This document shows positions 12,118 to 26,279 of a DNA stretch of 64,000 bases, piece after piece (positions within the stretch are counted from its first letter, which is position 1; every line of letters starts with the position of its first letter). This DNA is from Eledone cirrhosa. Its lineage: Eukaryota. The position numbers and the translations under genes were made by a program. Where the stretch lies: contig OZ024748.1 of NCBI GenBank assembly GCA_964016885.1, positions 20,522,001 to 20,586,000 on the forward strand, written 5' to 3'. The notes beneath the pieces were generated by a model. That model was not told where the DNA came from, ran no database searches, and saw only the letters and a list, made by a program, of their open reading frames with translations.

Positions 12118-14280
12118 CTGTAAAAGATTAAGATTTTCATTAGTTCGACAACAACACACATCACATAAGCACACATATATATATACACACACAGCTACAC
12201 ATACAGAAAGTCTTACACACTAACACACATCACATCACATCACATATAAACACACACTCATCACATATACACACACACACAAAGTCTTACACATACACAC
12301 ACACATCACATCACATACAAACACACATATATATACACACACACACACACAATCACAAACACACACACAGTCACACATACAGAAAGTCTTACACACACAA
12401 ATCACAGAAACACGTACAGAAAGTCACACTCATGTAGATACAGTCACATGCACATATGCAAACATCACATATACACACATATCACATACACACACAATCT
12501 AGCCATGACCATCTCATCTTTGTTCCAAACATAGTGTATATAAAACTACAGCTATTGAATATCATCATCATCATCAGTTTATGTCCCTTTTCCATGCTGG
12601 CATGGGTTGGATGGGTTGTCACAATCCAACACCAGATGGATCAAAGTGACCAGTCTTCCTCCTTATTTTCTATACTAGGATTTTTTTTAACACACTGATG
12701 CATGTGTACATGTGTGTATGTGTATGTGTGTGTGTGTATGTGTATATGTGTGTATATGTGTGTATGTGTGCATATGCATACATTTATATGTGTGCATATG
12801 CATACATTTATATGTGTGTGTGTGTATGTGTATATATGTGCATATATGTGTATGTGTGCATATGCATACATTTATATGTGTGAGTATATAAATATAAATG
12901 AGCAAACACAGACACACTTATAAAAATACATTCTCAGACAGACATTCACACAAACACACACATACACTCACACACAGGGTGGCAAATGGAACGCCGGCTG
13001 CTGTTTTGTTATAGTTTTTTTCACCATCCCTTTCCTTGCTTTTACACACACATACATTCACACAAACACACACACATTGTGTGACGGATGGATGGAAGTC
13101 GCACAAATTTATATAGAGATTTAGTATAGTTTCTATGGCTAGTTGCCCTTCTTAACACTAACTGTCATATAGAGTAAGATGTGCTAGTTCATTTTTCATT
13201 TTCATTAAACCAATATGTTCTTCCATTTAATGGTCTGATGGTGATTTTGACTGCTATTTCTAGCAGTTTAAGTGACCATGTAGAGACCCCTGTTAGTGTA
13301 GTAGAGAAAAAAAGATCTCTACATATAGCTTGCTTGAATCAGTGTTATGGGGATGGGGTACCATACACTAAAATTTGTTACATGGATAAAATAAAATTTG
13401 AAAGTTTCTGCGCGCTATGCAATAGAAAAAAGGGGAGACAATCAAGTAGAGGTCAGTTTGTTTCAGCACAAGGCCAAAGATTTAACTTTGGAAGACAGTT
13501 CCACAATAAGGTAAGGGTAGTGAGGTGTAATATAATTGATATGTTTTGTATTATTATAATTGATATGTTTTGTATTATTTCTATTGGAACAATGCTTGAA
13601 CCAATGTTTGCAAGTGATCAAATATAAGTTTCTAAAGTTACCTACAATGTCTAAAATACTGTGACATCACAACACAATAAACATTCTAATGGCTACTTTG
13701 CTTGATAAAATAGGGGCTAGCCTTGCAAGCTCCATAACAGATTTCTTACACATTACAGAGTTCTTTTACCCTTTAACATTTAAACCAGCCATATATGCCC
13801 AAACTTTTCTCACCTCTTTCTGTTCAAACCAGCCATAACTGAACTCATACTTATGTTAAGGTATTGTTCTCAAAATAAATAACATCAAAATTTCGTAGAT
13901 TCGATATTATGTGAGATAATTATACAATTTTACGATAAAAATACAATAGTATATATAGAGTAATGTAAATGGTAAAGGGTTAAGAGACAATGTTTTATGG
14001 TTAGATAACTGTCCTGCTGGTACACTTTAAGGCTATTTTACCTGATAAAATAGGGGTTAGTCATGCAGGCCCCAGAAACAACAATAACAACAACAACATA
14101 AACAGTAACAAAAACAATGACAACAACAGTAATAACAATCAATAACAAAAACAACATGAATAACAACAATAAAAGGAACATTAACAACAGCAAGAACATA
14201 AACAAAACCAATAAAAGGATCAACAACAACAACAACCTGAAACAATATATGGATAATGTGTAAAAGGTGGTGAAAGTTAC

Positions 14281-14394
14281 CATGACTTTAGTGGTGAGTG
14301 AAGATTTCAACCAATCTGGAGAAAGGTCAAGGAGATAACTAATCCACTGGATCTCAGCATCACTTCCTAGCTGCATCATATCATAATCTGTTTG
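14281..14394 (-). CDS. Myosin exon 9 (QTDYDMMQLGSDAEIQWISYLLDLSPDWLKSSLTTKVM)
   Basis: ttccag/gtaact boundaries, 114 nt, phase 0-0. Confidence 0.9.
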
Positions 14395-15450
14395 CTGGAA
14401 AATGTAAGAAGATATTTATAACATCATATAATTTGGTGTCTGCTGAATAATGGAAGACATATATAACATCATATCATAATCTATTGTCTGCTGGATAATG
14501 GAAGACATTCATGATACCATATAAATTGTTGTCTATTAGATAATGGAAGGAAGACATTTATGATATCATAGTCTTGTCAGCTAGATGATGGAAGATATTT
14601 ATAACATCATATTATAATATGTTGTCTGCTGAATAGGGAAGACATTTTTTTTCTTTTTTAGTCGATTGACTTTCGTCAAATCGGACCGAGGAAACAATGT
14701 TTCCGTTGGTCTTTCCAATTGCTAAAATTATCTATCGGTCGCAACTCCAGGTAGAAGGAGCAATGTGAAATAAAGTGTCTTGCTCAAGGACATAACGCAT
14801 CACCTGGTCTAGGAATCGAACTGACAACCTCACGATTGCGAATCCAGTTCTCTAACCAATCAGCCACACTCCTTCACTAGGGAAGACATATATACATCAT
14901 ATCATGATCTGTTGTCTGCTGGATAATGTGTGTGTATGTGATATGTGTGTATATGTGATGTTTGCATATGACTGTATCTACATGAGTGTGACTTTCTGTA
15001 CGTGTTTCTGTGATTTGTGTGTGTAAGATTTTATAACATCAAACCATAATCTATTGTCAACTGGATAATGGAAGACATGATATCATATCATAATCTGTTG
15101 TCTGCTGAATAATGGAAGATGTTTATAACAACATCATATGATAATCTTGTCTGCTGAATAATGGAAGGAGACATTTGTAACATCATATCATAATGTCTGC
15201 TGGATAATGGAAGACATAACAGCATATCATAATGTGTTGCCTGCTGGATAATGGAAGACATTTATGATAACATATCATAATCTATTGTCTGCTGGATAAT
15301 GGAAGACATTTATAACAACATCATATCATAATATGTTTGCTGAATAATGGAAGACATATGACATCATATGATAATCTGTTATCTGATGGATAATGGAAGA
15401 TATTTGTGACATGATATCATAATATATTGTCTGCTGGATAATGGAAGGTT
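14374..15450. repeat. ~45-bp degenerate minisatellite containing the exon 9 acceptor
   Basis: Unit CATCATATCATAATCTGTTGTCTGCTGGATAATGGAAGACATTTAT. Confidence 0.9.
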
Positions 15451-16409
15451 GACAAATATCACAACTTATTTATTATAATTCACCTATTCTAAACACTCTC
15501 ATACAATACAATATATGGAACTCTTCCCTAAAAACAATGCCTCATCATCCCACAACCCTATAAATAAACACAGGAATATCCAAACATTCCATGACACTAT
15601 CGTAAACAATTTAACACTCAACCATCCTATGACCCTACAACTAAACACAAGAACACCCAAGCATTTTGCTATTCTATTCTAAACACTATAGTACAGCTCA
15701 GACCTTCCATATGACCCTATTCTAAACACAATACTCAGTCATGTAATGACCTAGTCCTAAACACAGCACCTAATAATCTCCTGACCTTCATTAAACACAA
15801 CTCCACCCAGTCATTTAAACAGTCTACAATCTAAACATCTCATAGCTCTTCTCTAAACACAACACCCAACCATCTCCTCACCTTATATTAAACACTACAC
15901 CACCTAAAATATTGAAGCACTATATGACACAAGCAACTTCTGACCCTATACTCTAAACATGACACCACCCAGTTATTATTTAAACAGTTTACAATCTAAA
16001 CATCTCATGACCCTATCTAAATACAATGCGCATCTATCACATGACCATATATTAAACATTACACTCTGCTAAAACCCCCCCAAAAAACTCATGTTATATT
16101 AACCAGAACAAACAACCAAATACCTCACTTCTATAACCTAAACACACCCACACCAACAATAGACTCTACCAACACCATAAACTTACTGTGTTTTTGCTCT
16201 CAAACCTCTATAATCTAAACACATCCACATCGACAATAGACTTTACCAACACCATATATTGTGTTTTTGCTCTCACACCTCTATAAGTCAAACATACCAA
16301 CAATAGACTCTACCAACACCATATACTGTGTTTTTGCTCTCACACCTCTATAATCTAAACACACCCACATCCACACAAACAATAGACTCTACCAACATCA
16401 TATACTTAC

Positions 16410-16571
16410 AGTGTTTTTGCAGAAATAGATGTTACCCAGATGTAGAACAGAGGCTAATATACTTTGAATGGTTTGCTTCTCAGTTTTGGAGAATCCCAAG
16501 ACATCCATGGCTTCAGTCAGAGCACGGAAGTTCTCAGCATCATTTCGACCTGGAATAGTACAGCTGTTGCC
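16410..16571 (-). CDS. Myosin exon 8 (GNSCTIPGRNDAENF...ILASVLHLGNIYFCKNT)
   Basis: AG/GT boundaries, phase 0-0; LHLGN motif. Confidence 0.95.
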
Positions 16572-16607
16572 CTGTGGTGATAATAATAATAATAATAATA
16601 ATAATAA

Positions 16608-16925
16608 GAGTGTAAGACAAGGAGGAGAAAATTAACTGATACCAGGATTTAAAGTGCGAATTAAAAAGGATTTTGGACTGTTATGAGATCAAGGTCATCC
16701 TGATTATCATAGGAGCACTAGGTACTATCTCGAAGAGTTTTCAAGGATGATTAAAGAACATTAGTCCATCCCCCTCTTTTGGAACACTTCAAAAGGCATG
16801 CTTGCTGGGAACAGCAAGAACTCTCTGATACGTCCTGAATATCTGAGGCTGCAGGTATTGGCTTGGTATTCATTTCAACAAACTTTCCAGTTAAATAACA
16901 TCAATGAGACTCCAAGAATAATAAT
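16608..16925 (+). mobile_element. R4/Dong-like non-LTR element 3' fragment in (TAA)n
   Basis: EKIN*YQDLKCELKRI...IIIGALG...LQKACLLGTARTL, resembling a restriction-like endonuclease C-terminus; TAA repeats on both sides. Confidence 0.75.
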
Positions 16926-18659
16926 AGTTTCTACTTTAGGCACAAGGCTAGCAATTGAAGGGGAGGAGAAAGTCAATTAAATCAATCCCAGTGCGTTACT
17001 GGTACTTTATTTTATTAACCCCGTAAGGAGGAAAGGGAAAGCTAACTTTGGCATGATTGGAACTCAGAACGTAAAGAAATGTTACTCTATGCTGCAAACC
17101 AAGTTGTTTGACACTCTACCGACACCGACAATCAACCGCCCTTATAATAATAATTGTTTCTACTTTTGGCACAAGGCCAGCAATTATCCCAGTACATTAC
17201 TGGTACTTTTTTTTTGTCAACCCCATAAGGATGAAAGGCTAAGTTAAGTTCTATGCTGCAAACCATGTTGTTGGACGCTCTACCGACACTGCCAATCCAC
17301 TGCCCTATTGTAATAATAATAATTGTTTCTACTTTTGGCACAAGGCCAGCAATTATCCCAGTGCATTACTGGTACTTTATTTTATCGACCCCATAAGGAT
17401 GAAAGCCAAAGTTAACCTTGGCGGGATTTAAACTCAGTCCGTAAAGGGACGTAACTGTGTTGCAAAGCATGGCATCCGACCCTCTACCGATACTGCCAAT
17501 CCACCGCCATTAATAATAATAATGTTTTCTTTATTAACCACAAAAGGTTTACACAAAATACATAAAAAGACAGCACAGGATGGTACAGGATGGTAAAAAT
17601 ATGGGTTTTATCATATTTAAAAGATCAGGCTTAAAATAACTTTATCTGGCTTACTTTTCAAACATTACAAAGTGCAATACTTTAGTCAACTGAGGTGCAC
17701 CTATAACATATATGCAATATGCTCCTTCATGGCTTAACATTTATAATTGTTTCTACTTTAGGCACAAGGCCATCAAATACCCAGTGCATTACTGGTACTT
17801 TATTTTATCGACCCCGTAAGGATGAAAGGCAAAGTCAACCTCGGCGGGATTTGAACTCAGATCGTAAAGGGAGGTAACTATGCTGGAAAGCATGGCGTCC
17901 GACCCTCTACCGATACTGCCAAATAATAGCTGGTTATTTTAACAGACATTTCTTACACAAGATTTATTAGTCTGAGTATAAGCCACACCCTGATTTCATG
18001 ATTATTTACATTGATTTATGTAAAGAAAGAGAAAAAAGTGTGAGTTATGAGTAAATATAATAGTTATGAGTAAATATAATAGTTATAATACCAGCTGTTG
18101 CTGGTTTATATGCAAAACTTGAATCACCTATTGTGCTCTTATGACGGTAAACATTATATAAATCAAATGACACCATATGGTATCAAACATCTGTATTCTA
18201 CTGGTTGTCGTTAATCATTCAAATTATTTACATAATCTATAATTCTATAATGTTACGGCTGGATTCACTTGAATAATAAACCAGTGCAATAAACCATATT
18301 AAAAAATATATAAATTAATAAATCAAAGAGTTGAAATCACTCCAAGACAGTTGCTGAGTTTCCAATATTTCTCTTGGAGTTTACAAGATAATTACTTTAG
18401 TTTCTTTCATTCTATGTTGTTCTTGTGGCTACTATACGAAGGTGGGCTGAAAAGTTCATAGACTGACTATGAAAGAGTGAAATCTTGCATCTATTAATTT
18501 CAACTACCAGAACATGCTTCTGATTCCTCTTATGTTAAAAAGAAAATCATTTCAGTCATTGTTGCCTCACCTCCACCTCCAATATCCTCTCCCCACTGAA
18601 TTCCGAACCCCTTCTCACCCCTCTAGACTTCAGGCCTCCCCATCATAGGATTTTAACCC

Positions 18660-19022
18660 TCCTCCCTCTAGATTTCAGCCCTCCCACTAGATATTAAGCC
18701 TCCTCCCTCTAGATTTCAGCCCTCCCACTTGATATTAAGCCTCCTCCCTCTAGATTTCAGCCCTCCCACTAGATATTAAGCCTCCTCCCTCTAGATTTCA
18801 GCCCTCCCACTAGATATTAAGCCTCCTCCCTCTAGATTTCAGCCCTCCCACTAGATATTAAGCCTCCTCCCTCTAGATTTCAGCCCCCACTAGATATTAA
18901 GCCTCCTCCCTCTAGATTTCAGCCCTCCCACTAGATATTAAGCCTCCTCCCTCTAGATTTCAGCCCTCCCACTAGATATTAAGCCTCCTCCCTCTAGATT
19001 TCAGCCCTCCCACTTGATATTA
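18660..19022. repeat. 41-bp minisatellite, about 9 copies
   Basis: CCTCCTCCCTCTAGATTTCAGCCCTCCCACTAGATATTAAG. Confidence 0.95.
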
Positions 19023-19126
19023 ACCTTTCTCTCACTATATTTGATACTGTCCCTCACTGGATTTAACCCCACCCCCGTTAGATTACACCCCCACCCCACA
19101 GTGATGGTATCAGGTGATATATTTAC

Positions 19127-19240
19127 CTGGTTCAGGTAGAAATACTGGGAAGCATCTTGGAGTCCATAATCTTTCTTTTCCTCAACAGACATAGCAGATA
19201 ACATCTCATAGAAGACATGGTAGTTCCTCTCATCATCTGG
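19127..19240 (-). CDS. Myosin exon 7 (PDDERNYHVFYEML...YFYLNQ)
   Basis: AG/GT boundaries, phase 0-0; ERNYHVFY motif. Confidence 0.95.
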
Positions 19241-20055
19241 CTGTAAATATAGAAACATGGAACCCATGATTGACCAGCTGTTTTACTTATACTCACCATC
19301 TTGTAGATCTGAGATAGAGTGAACACTCAGCACTCGGCTTCCTTACTCACACTCAACACATTTACAGATTTATTGATATCGAAAGGATAAAAAACAAAAG
19401 AGACCTCGGTTTGATTTGAATTTAGAGTGCAGTGAATCAGAACAAATACTGGATAGACCAAGTCAGTAGTTAGTCGGAGCTACTGACTAGGGAAGGTAAG
19501 GGGGCACATCTTTTGCTCATATATCCCTGTACTGTACAGAGTGCAGTGGGTGCAATTTATCATGGCACCAATACTAGAGAAGTTGCCATGTCTTTGGCAT
19601 GACTGAAGAATTCTTGTGACGCTTTTTTTGGCAGGTTTTCTATGGCTGGAAGCTCTTTCCATCATAAGTCACTTTAATGAGTGTACTGGGTGCATTTTAT
19701 CATGTCACCAGCACTAGTGATGTCATGCCCTTGACATAACTGAAGAGTTCTTGTGACCCTTCCTTTGGCAAGCTTTATATGGCTGGATGCCCTCCTATCA
19801 CCAACAATCTTACAGAGCAAACTGGGTGTATTTTACTATGTTATCAACGCTATAGAACTTGTGGTCCCCTTGACTTTACTGAAAAGTTCTGTCATTCCTT
19901 GTTTGGCATGGTTTCTACAGGTAGAGACCCTTCCTATCACCAACAATCTTACAGAGTGTACTGGGTGCATTAAATATCACGCATAAATCTCAGTACCAAA
20001 AAATTCAACCACCTCCACCACCAGCCCTACCACCACCGTCAGGTGTAACACTCAC

Positions 20056-20119
20056 CTGTTTAACAATACGAGACCTCTCCAGAAGATATTCTGCTGTACG
20101 GGCACCACAGATGGAGCCA
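20056..20119 (-). CDS. Myosin exon 6 (GSICGARTAEYLLERSRIVKQ)
   Basis: AG/GT boundaries, phase 2-0; YLLExSR motif. Confidence 0.95.
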
Positions 20120-20933
20120 CTAGAAGACAAAATCAATCAATAACAAATTAATATTTTATTTATTACAGAGACAATACAATTTAATGTTTAAACAACCAAG
20201 TATAACAATAATTAATACTGTAGTTTTCATCAATAAATGATAATTTTTAATTAGCATTTTAAGACTTTCTACATTTAAATGTTTATGACTGATAGATAAT
20301 ATTAAAAATTAAAAGACCAATGGAAACATTGTTTCCTTGGTCCAGTCTGACAAGTTTGGGATCTTGTTGACAAGTCTGGCATCTTGTTGATTAAACTATA
20401 TATATCTCTATCTAGAACTAACTGTTGTTTATCTTGCAGATGGCGTCTCTGAATAATTTATTCTCTAACATATATTTGAATTTATTTTATGCCAAACTAG
20501 TGTAAAATACTGTACATCTACTGAGGTGTTCCCTTATTACTAATTTGGCAGGTAAGTATAGTGAAGTCTATTGTTTGCTAAGGAAATCAAATATAACTGA
20601 AACATGACAGGAGTTGTCTCCCCTATTTGCCAGAATAATAATTAAAATATTAATGATTCAACAAAAATTGTCTTTTTCCCCCCGACGCATAATTATTTTT
20701 CATTGTAGCAGCCAAATTTAATTCAAATTATACTCTACTATCTTAACAAAACACATTTACAAGGACACTCCAGATAATGAAGTCTAGACACAAGGTATCT
20801 GGTAAAATATGCTGGGTGGGATGGTCCTGGTTGAACCGTCTTTGAATATAGATTTCCTCAAACAGGGTTAACCTAGGATAAATAACAACAATAACAAAAA
20901 TAACAACACAAAGTAAATAAAATACAAACAAAC

Positions 20934-21134
20934 CTTTGGAAGAATAGTTCAATATATTTGCCGAAGCGACTGGAGTTATCATTACGTATAGTCTTGGCAT
21001 TGCCAAAGGATTCAAGAAGAGGGTTTCCTTCCAGAATCTGTTCAGTGATAAGGTTGTCATTGTTACGGTTGACCAGGGCTACATACTGCATGATAAGTTT
21101 GCAGCTTTCTGTCTTTCCAGAACCGCTTTCGCCA
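20934..21134 (-). CDS. Myosin exon 5 (P-loop GESGSGKT, switch [10 protein letters not shown])
   Basis: ORF track 20873..21196; AG/GT boundaries, phase 2-2. Confidence 0.97.
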
Positions 21135-21779
21135 CTAGAGAAGAGAAGTAAAATAAAAATATTCATGTTAGTAACAGAGAGTATATAAATATACATATCT
21201 TTATCAAAGACTCCAAACTCAGAACTTTTGTAAACATATTTCTAGTATGAAGTCTGAAAAATAAGACCATATTTGAGACAATCAGAGAAGAGCACATAGG
21301 TCGTGTGTCTGTGAAGACAAGGTGGAAGTGGTATTTGAGGTGGTATGCAGCTAGCTTGTTGAGAGGAACAGAGGAAGTTGTAGTTATGGTAGAAAAGACA
21401 GGGAGAAGAAACAGTAGGTCTACGAATGGTGTTGGTGACTCAATTGTTCCACTTGATGTTCAGAATGTATCTCAAGCTACGAAAATGAAGGCGTTGAGAT
21501 GCTGCTCCCATCATCATCATTTAACGTCCATTTTCCCTGCTAAAAAGGATTGGATGTGTATTCACAGACAAGTCAGTGCCCAAGCAGAGTCATGGACATT
21601 CAGGTGGGCCAGGAACCCAACATAAGAACATATAAATGAGTGCATTTTATTATGAAACAAGCACAAGGGAAGTTGTCATGTCTTTCATGCAGCTGAAGAG
21701 TTTATCCAACCCCTTGTTCGGTAGATATTTCTATGGCTGGATGCCGTTCCTATCACCAACCATTCACAGAGGATCATGT

Positions 21780-21843
<64 letters not shown>

Positions 21844-22189
21844 TATATGATGGCTGCAACTTGATTGATACTTAAGCATGACCATCACAGATGTGGCTTT
21901 TTAGTTGTGTTAAGGACTTGCCTATGGCCAGCAATACCATGCATTGCAAAAAAATGTCACATATCAAGCGATGCCTGTACTTGAAGTTTTTTTAATTGAG
22001 GAAAAGCTTTGCACAGAGCCAAACCCATTCTGTGAACATCAAATACATTTGTCCAAAAAGAAGAGTTGGTTTACATCATTGGATGCAAACGAAGTCATAG
22101 GTTTTATATCTGAGTGACCTTCTCCCAGAGAGATGTCTTAATGAAGACTAAGAGTCTCTCGCTCCACAACAAAAAAAAAAAAAAATATA

Positions 22190-23675
22190 GATAATTGTTT
22201 CTACTTTAGGCACAAGGCCAGCAATTACCCAGTACATTACTGGTACTTTATTTTATCGACCCCGTAAGGATGAAAGGCAAAGTTAACCTCGGCGGGATTT
22301 GAACTCAGACTGTAAAGGGACGTAATGCACCAAAAGCAGCTGGGTTGGTGTGAGTTTTGACTGGAGTTAATGTGTCAAGCATTACACTGGTTCTAGCTTC
22401 ACATTGTGCAAGACAACCAAAATATGTCATTTGTATAACTAATAACTGTTTCTACTTTTAGGCACAAGGCCAGCAATTACCCAGTGCATTACTGGTACTT
22501 TATTTTATCGACCCCGTAAGGATGAAAGGCAAAGTCAACCTCGGCGGGATTTGAACTCAGATCGTAAAGGGACGTAACTACGCTGGAAAGCATGGTGTCC
22601 GACCCTCTACCGATACTGCCAATCCACCAATAATAATAATTGTTTCTACTTTAGGCACAAGGCCAGCAATTTGGGGAGAGGAGAAAGTCAATTAACTCGA
22701 CACCAGTGAGTTACAGGTACTTTATTTTATTTATCCCATAAGAAGGAAAGGCAAAGCTAACCTTGGTAGAATTTAAACTCCGAATGTAAAGGGCTAGAAG
22801 AAAATCTAATTATTTATCTAATTATTGGCCCTCAATAATAATAATAATTGTTCCTACTTTGGGCACAAGGCCAGCAATTACCCCAGTGCATTACTGGTAC
22901 ATTATTTTATCGACTCCGTAAGGATGACAGGCAAAGCTAACTTAAGCGGGATTTGAACTCAGAAAGTAATGGGCCATAACTAGGCTGCAAAGCATGGTGC
23001 CAGATGCACTACTGATACTGCCAATCCACTGATAATAATTGTTTCTACTTTAGGCACAAGGCCAGCAAATTACCCAGTACATTACTGGTACTTTATTTTA
23101 TCGACCCCGTAAGGATGAAAGGTAAAATAATAATAATAATAATAATTGTTTCTACTTTTGGCACAAGGCCAGCAAATTACCCAGTGTATTACTGGTACTT
23201 TATTTTATCGACCCCGTAAGGATGAAAGGTAAAATAATAATAATAATAATAATTGTTTCTACTTTTGGCACAAGGCCAGCAAATTACCCAGTGTATTACT
23301 GGTACTTTATTTTATCGACCCCGTAAGGATGAAAGGCAAAGTTAACCTCAGCGCGATTTGATCTCAGATCGTAAAGGGACGTAACTCTATGCTGGAAAGC
23401 ATGTCTGACCCTCTACCAATACTGCCAATTCACCTAATGAATTGTGCTATAGGCACAAGGCCCACAATTTGGGGGAGGAGGAAAGTCAATTGTATCAATT
23501 CCAGTGCATTACTGGTACTTTGTTGATCCTCAGTACATAAACTGGTACCCTATTTTATTGACCCTGGAAAAATAAAAGGCAAAGTCGACCTTGGCGGGAT
23601 TTGAACTCAGAATATAGAAAGTCTTCATTAAATACTGCAAATCATTTTGTCTGATGCTCTACCGATTCTGCCAAT
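22190..23675 (-). repeat. Head-to-tail cluster of about ten full or partial family A SINEs
   Basis: Repeated AATTGTTTCTACTTT..GGCACAAGGCC units separated by (AAT)n. Confidence 0.85.
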
Positions 23676-23923
23676 AGTACTAACTGGAGAGTGGGTGGCG
23701 GGAACTCTTGACAGATATGAGTGTTAGTGTGTGTAACTGTGTGTATGTGTGTGATTCTATGAGTAAGCATGTGCGACTGTGTTTGTGAATGGCTGTGTTG
23801 TGTATATATGAGTGTGTTTGTGTGTGACTGTATGTGTGTGACTGTATGAGTGTGTGTGTGTAGCTGTATGAGTGTGTGTGTGTTACTGTATGAGTGTGTG
23901 TGTGTGTGTGTGTTACTGTATGA

Positions 23924-23954
<31 letters not shown>

Positions 23955-24104
23955 GTTTCCAACTTGGTTGTATTTAAAACTAAGATAATCTGTGTTCACT
24001 GGTAGTCAGGAATTTAGACCCCCACCACCTTTCTAATCCTTTTTATCATGCTGGCATTAACTCTGACATGCTGTTGTTATTGTTATGGTTGTAGTAGTGG
24101 TGGA

Positions 24105-24137
<33 letters not shown>

Positions 24138-24246
24138 GGTGATGGTGGTGGTGGTAGTGGAAGTGCTGGTGGTGGTAGTAGTAGTGGTAGTGGAAGTGGT
24201 GGTAGTAGTAGTAGTGGTGGAAGTGGTGGTAGTGGTGGTGGTGGAA

Positions 24247-24292
<46 letters not shown>

Positions 24293-25824
24293 CAATGGTG
24301 GTGGTGGTGGCAATGGTGGTGGTGGTATAGTGGTAGTGGTGGTGGTAGTAGTAGTGGTAGTAGTAGTGGTAATAGTAGTAGTATTGGTAGTAGTATTAGT
24401 GGTCATAGTAGTAGTAGTAGTAGTAGTAATATCAGTAGTCGTAGTGATAGTAGTAGTGGTCGTAGTTGTAGTAGTATCAGTGGTAGTGGTGGTGGTGGTG
24501 GTGGTGGTAGTAGTAGTGGTTGTAGTTGTTGTTGAGATAAGTAGATGAGCTGTTCAGGAAATATGTCACCTAAATTTGTTAAAGCAACTCAGTGTGATCA
24601 ACAACAACAACAACAAATAAATTATTAAATAAATTACAATAAAAGTTTAATGAAACAAAAACAAAATCTGCAACAAACAGTAGATTGTCAGCATTGAATT
24701 TAGAACGAAATACTTGAAGAAAATTAGCTAGAGCGGGTTACAATATATACAGCGAGATTTTCATTCAAAATTCTTTTATGTTTACTTCTCTGCCCACTTA
24801 TTCCCGAGAGGGTCATTGGAGAAGAGTCCTCAAAATCTCCTTCCTCCAGGTCCTGTCACAAGCAACTGTCTCCAACTAAACTGGCTGGATCCTCAAGCGA
24901 AACCAGCCCAGCTCATGGATGTTATCCAACCATCTTGTTTATGATCTACCCCTGTGTCTTCTGTCGGTTGGTTTTGCCCATAAAATCTGTCCAGTGATTC
25001 TTTCCTGAGACATTCTAACCATATGCCTGTAGTATCGGAGCTATGATCTCTCAATTAGGAGAAATAGCGACTCTACCTGGAGTGACACTCTGATCTCCGA
25101 GCTATGCACTATCGAGTAATGTTACTCCAAAGACTCTTCCGAGGAACCTCATTTTTGGCTGCTAATATTCATGATCATATTCTTTCAGTCATTACCAAAG
25201 ATTCTATAAACATCATAATTTAATGTAAAAGCATTATTAGGTTGGAGATTAGACTCCAATCTCCAATTAACAATGAAGAAGTTAGTTATATTACTAAATC
25301 ATTCCCAATTTTTTTATTACTTTAAAAATTATTTGATAAACATAGGCAGTGTCTTTCGTTAGAAATATGCTAATGATAGGGTTAGTCTTTATATGTATCT
25401 AAACACCTTCCAGCATAAATTTTTGTATGACCTTTTGTTTTGTTCAAAATAACAGCTTATAAGAAATCACTTTCAAGTCTTGATTTTTTTTTCAAAATGA
25501 TTTAAAAATCATAGGCAATGTCTTTTGTTAGAAATACGGTAATGAAAGAGTTAATGACATAGACTGTCTTTCATTAGAAATATAGTAATGAAAAGGTTAA
25601 AGACATAGGCAGTGTCTTTCATTAGAGATTTGGTAATGAAACAGTTAATGATAGTGTCTTTCATTAGAAATATATTAATGAAAGGGTTAATGATCGAGAC
25701 TGTCTTACATTAGAAATATGGTAATGAAAGAGTTAAGATATTCTAAAAGAAAAAATAATGAATATAAAATTAAACTAACCTAAGTTGTTATGGGAAAGTA
25801 GATGTGAAACATGTTTATACATAC

Positions 25825-25899
25825 CTGATGAGAACAACCTGGTTTTGCAGATCTTTCAACATTTTTTCATAACATACACTGGCAATGGCAAATAAATGG
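25825..25899 (-). CDS. Myosin exon 4 (HLFAIASVCYEKMLKDLQNQVVLIS)
   Basis: AG/GT boundaries, phase 2-2; completes PPHLFAIA and NQ motifs. Confidence 0.95.
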
Positions 25900-26279
25900 C
25901 TAGAAAGAGAAGAAGAGTAAGATATACTCTGATGAAAACAAATCATTTTGACAATATTCTTATAAACTCTTTTAAACTTTTATGCAGAAAATGTGAATAT
26001 TAATAATTGTTTCTACTTTTGACACAAGGAAAGAATTCTTGTTTTTATTATTATTATTTTTACAAATTTTATGAAAATTACATTCTTCTGCGGACATAAA
26101 AAAACATAAATAGAGGCACCTGCCATTAATCAAACACTGCATCTCTCTCCATTGTTTTTTCGTCTCCAGGGATACTTTACCAGATTTATTAAATTGTTAT
26201 TTATTATGATCAATGATTATTGTTATCGTCATTTCTATTGGGATGCACACATTTCAATTTTTTTTTTTTTTTTTTCCCA

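Noticed and set aside
18435-18500. Mariner-like terminal sequence TACGAAGGTGGGCTGAAAAGT
   Set aside because: Only one end visible; no partner inverted repeat or transposase remnant
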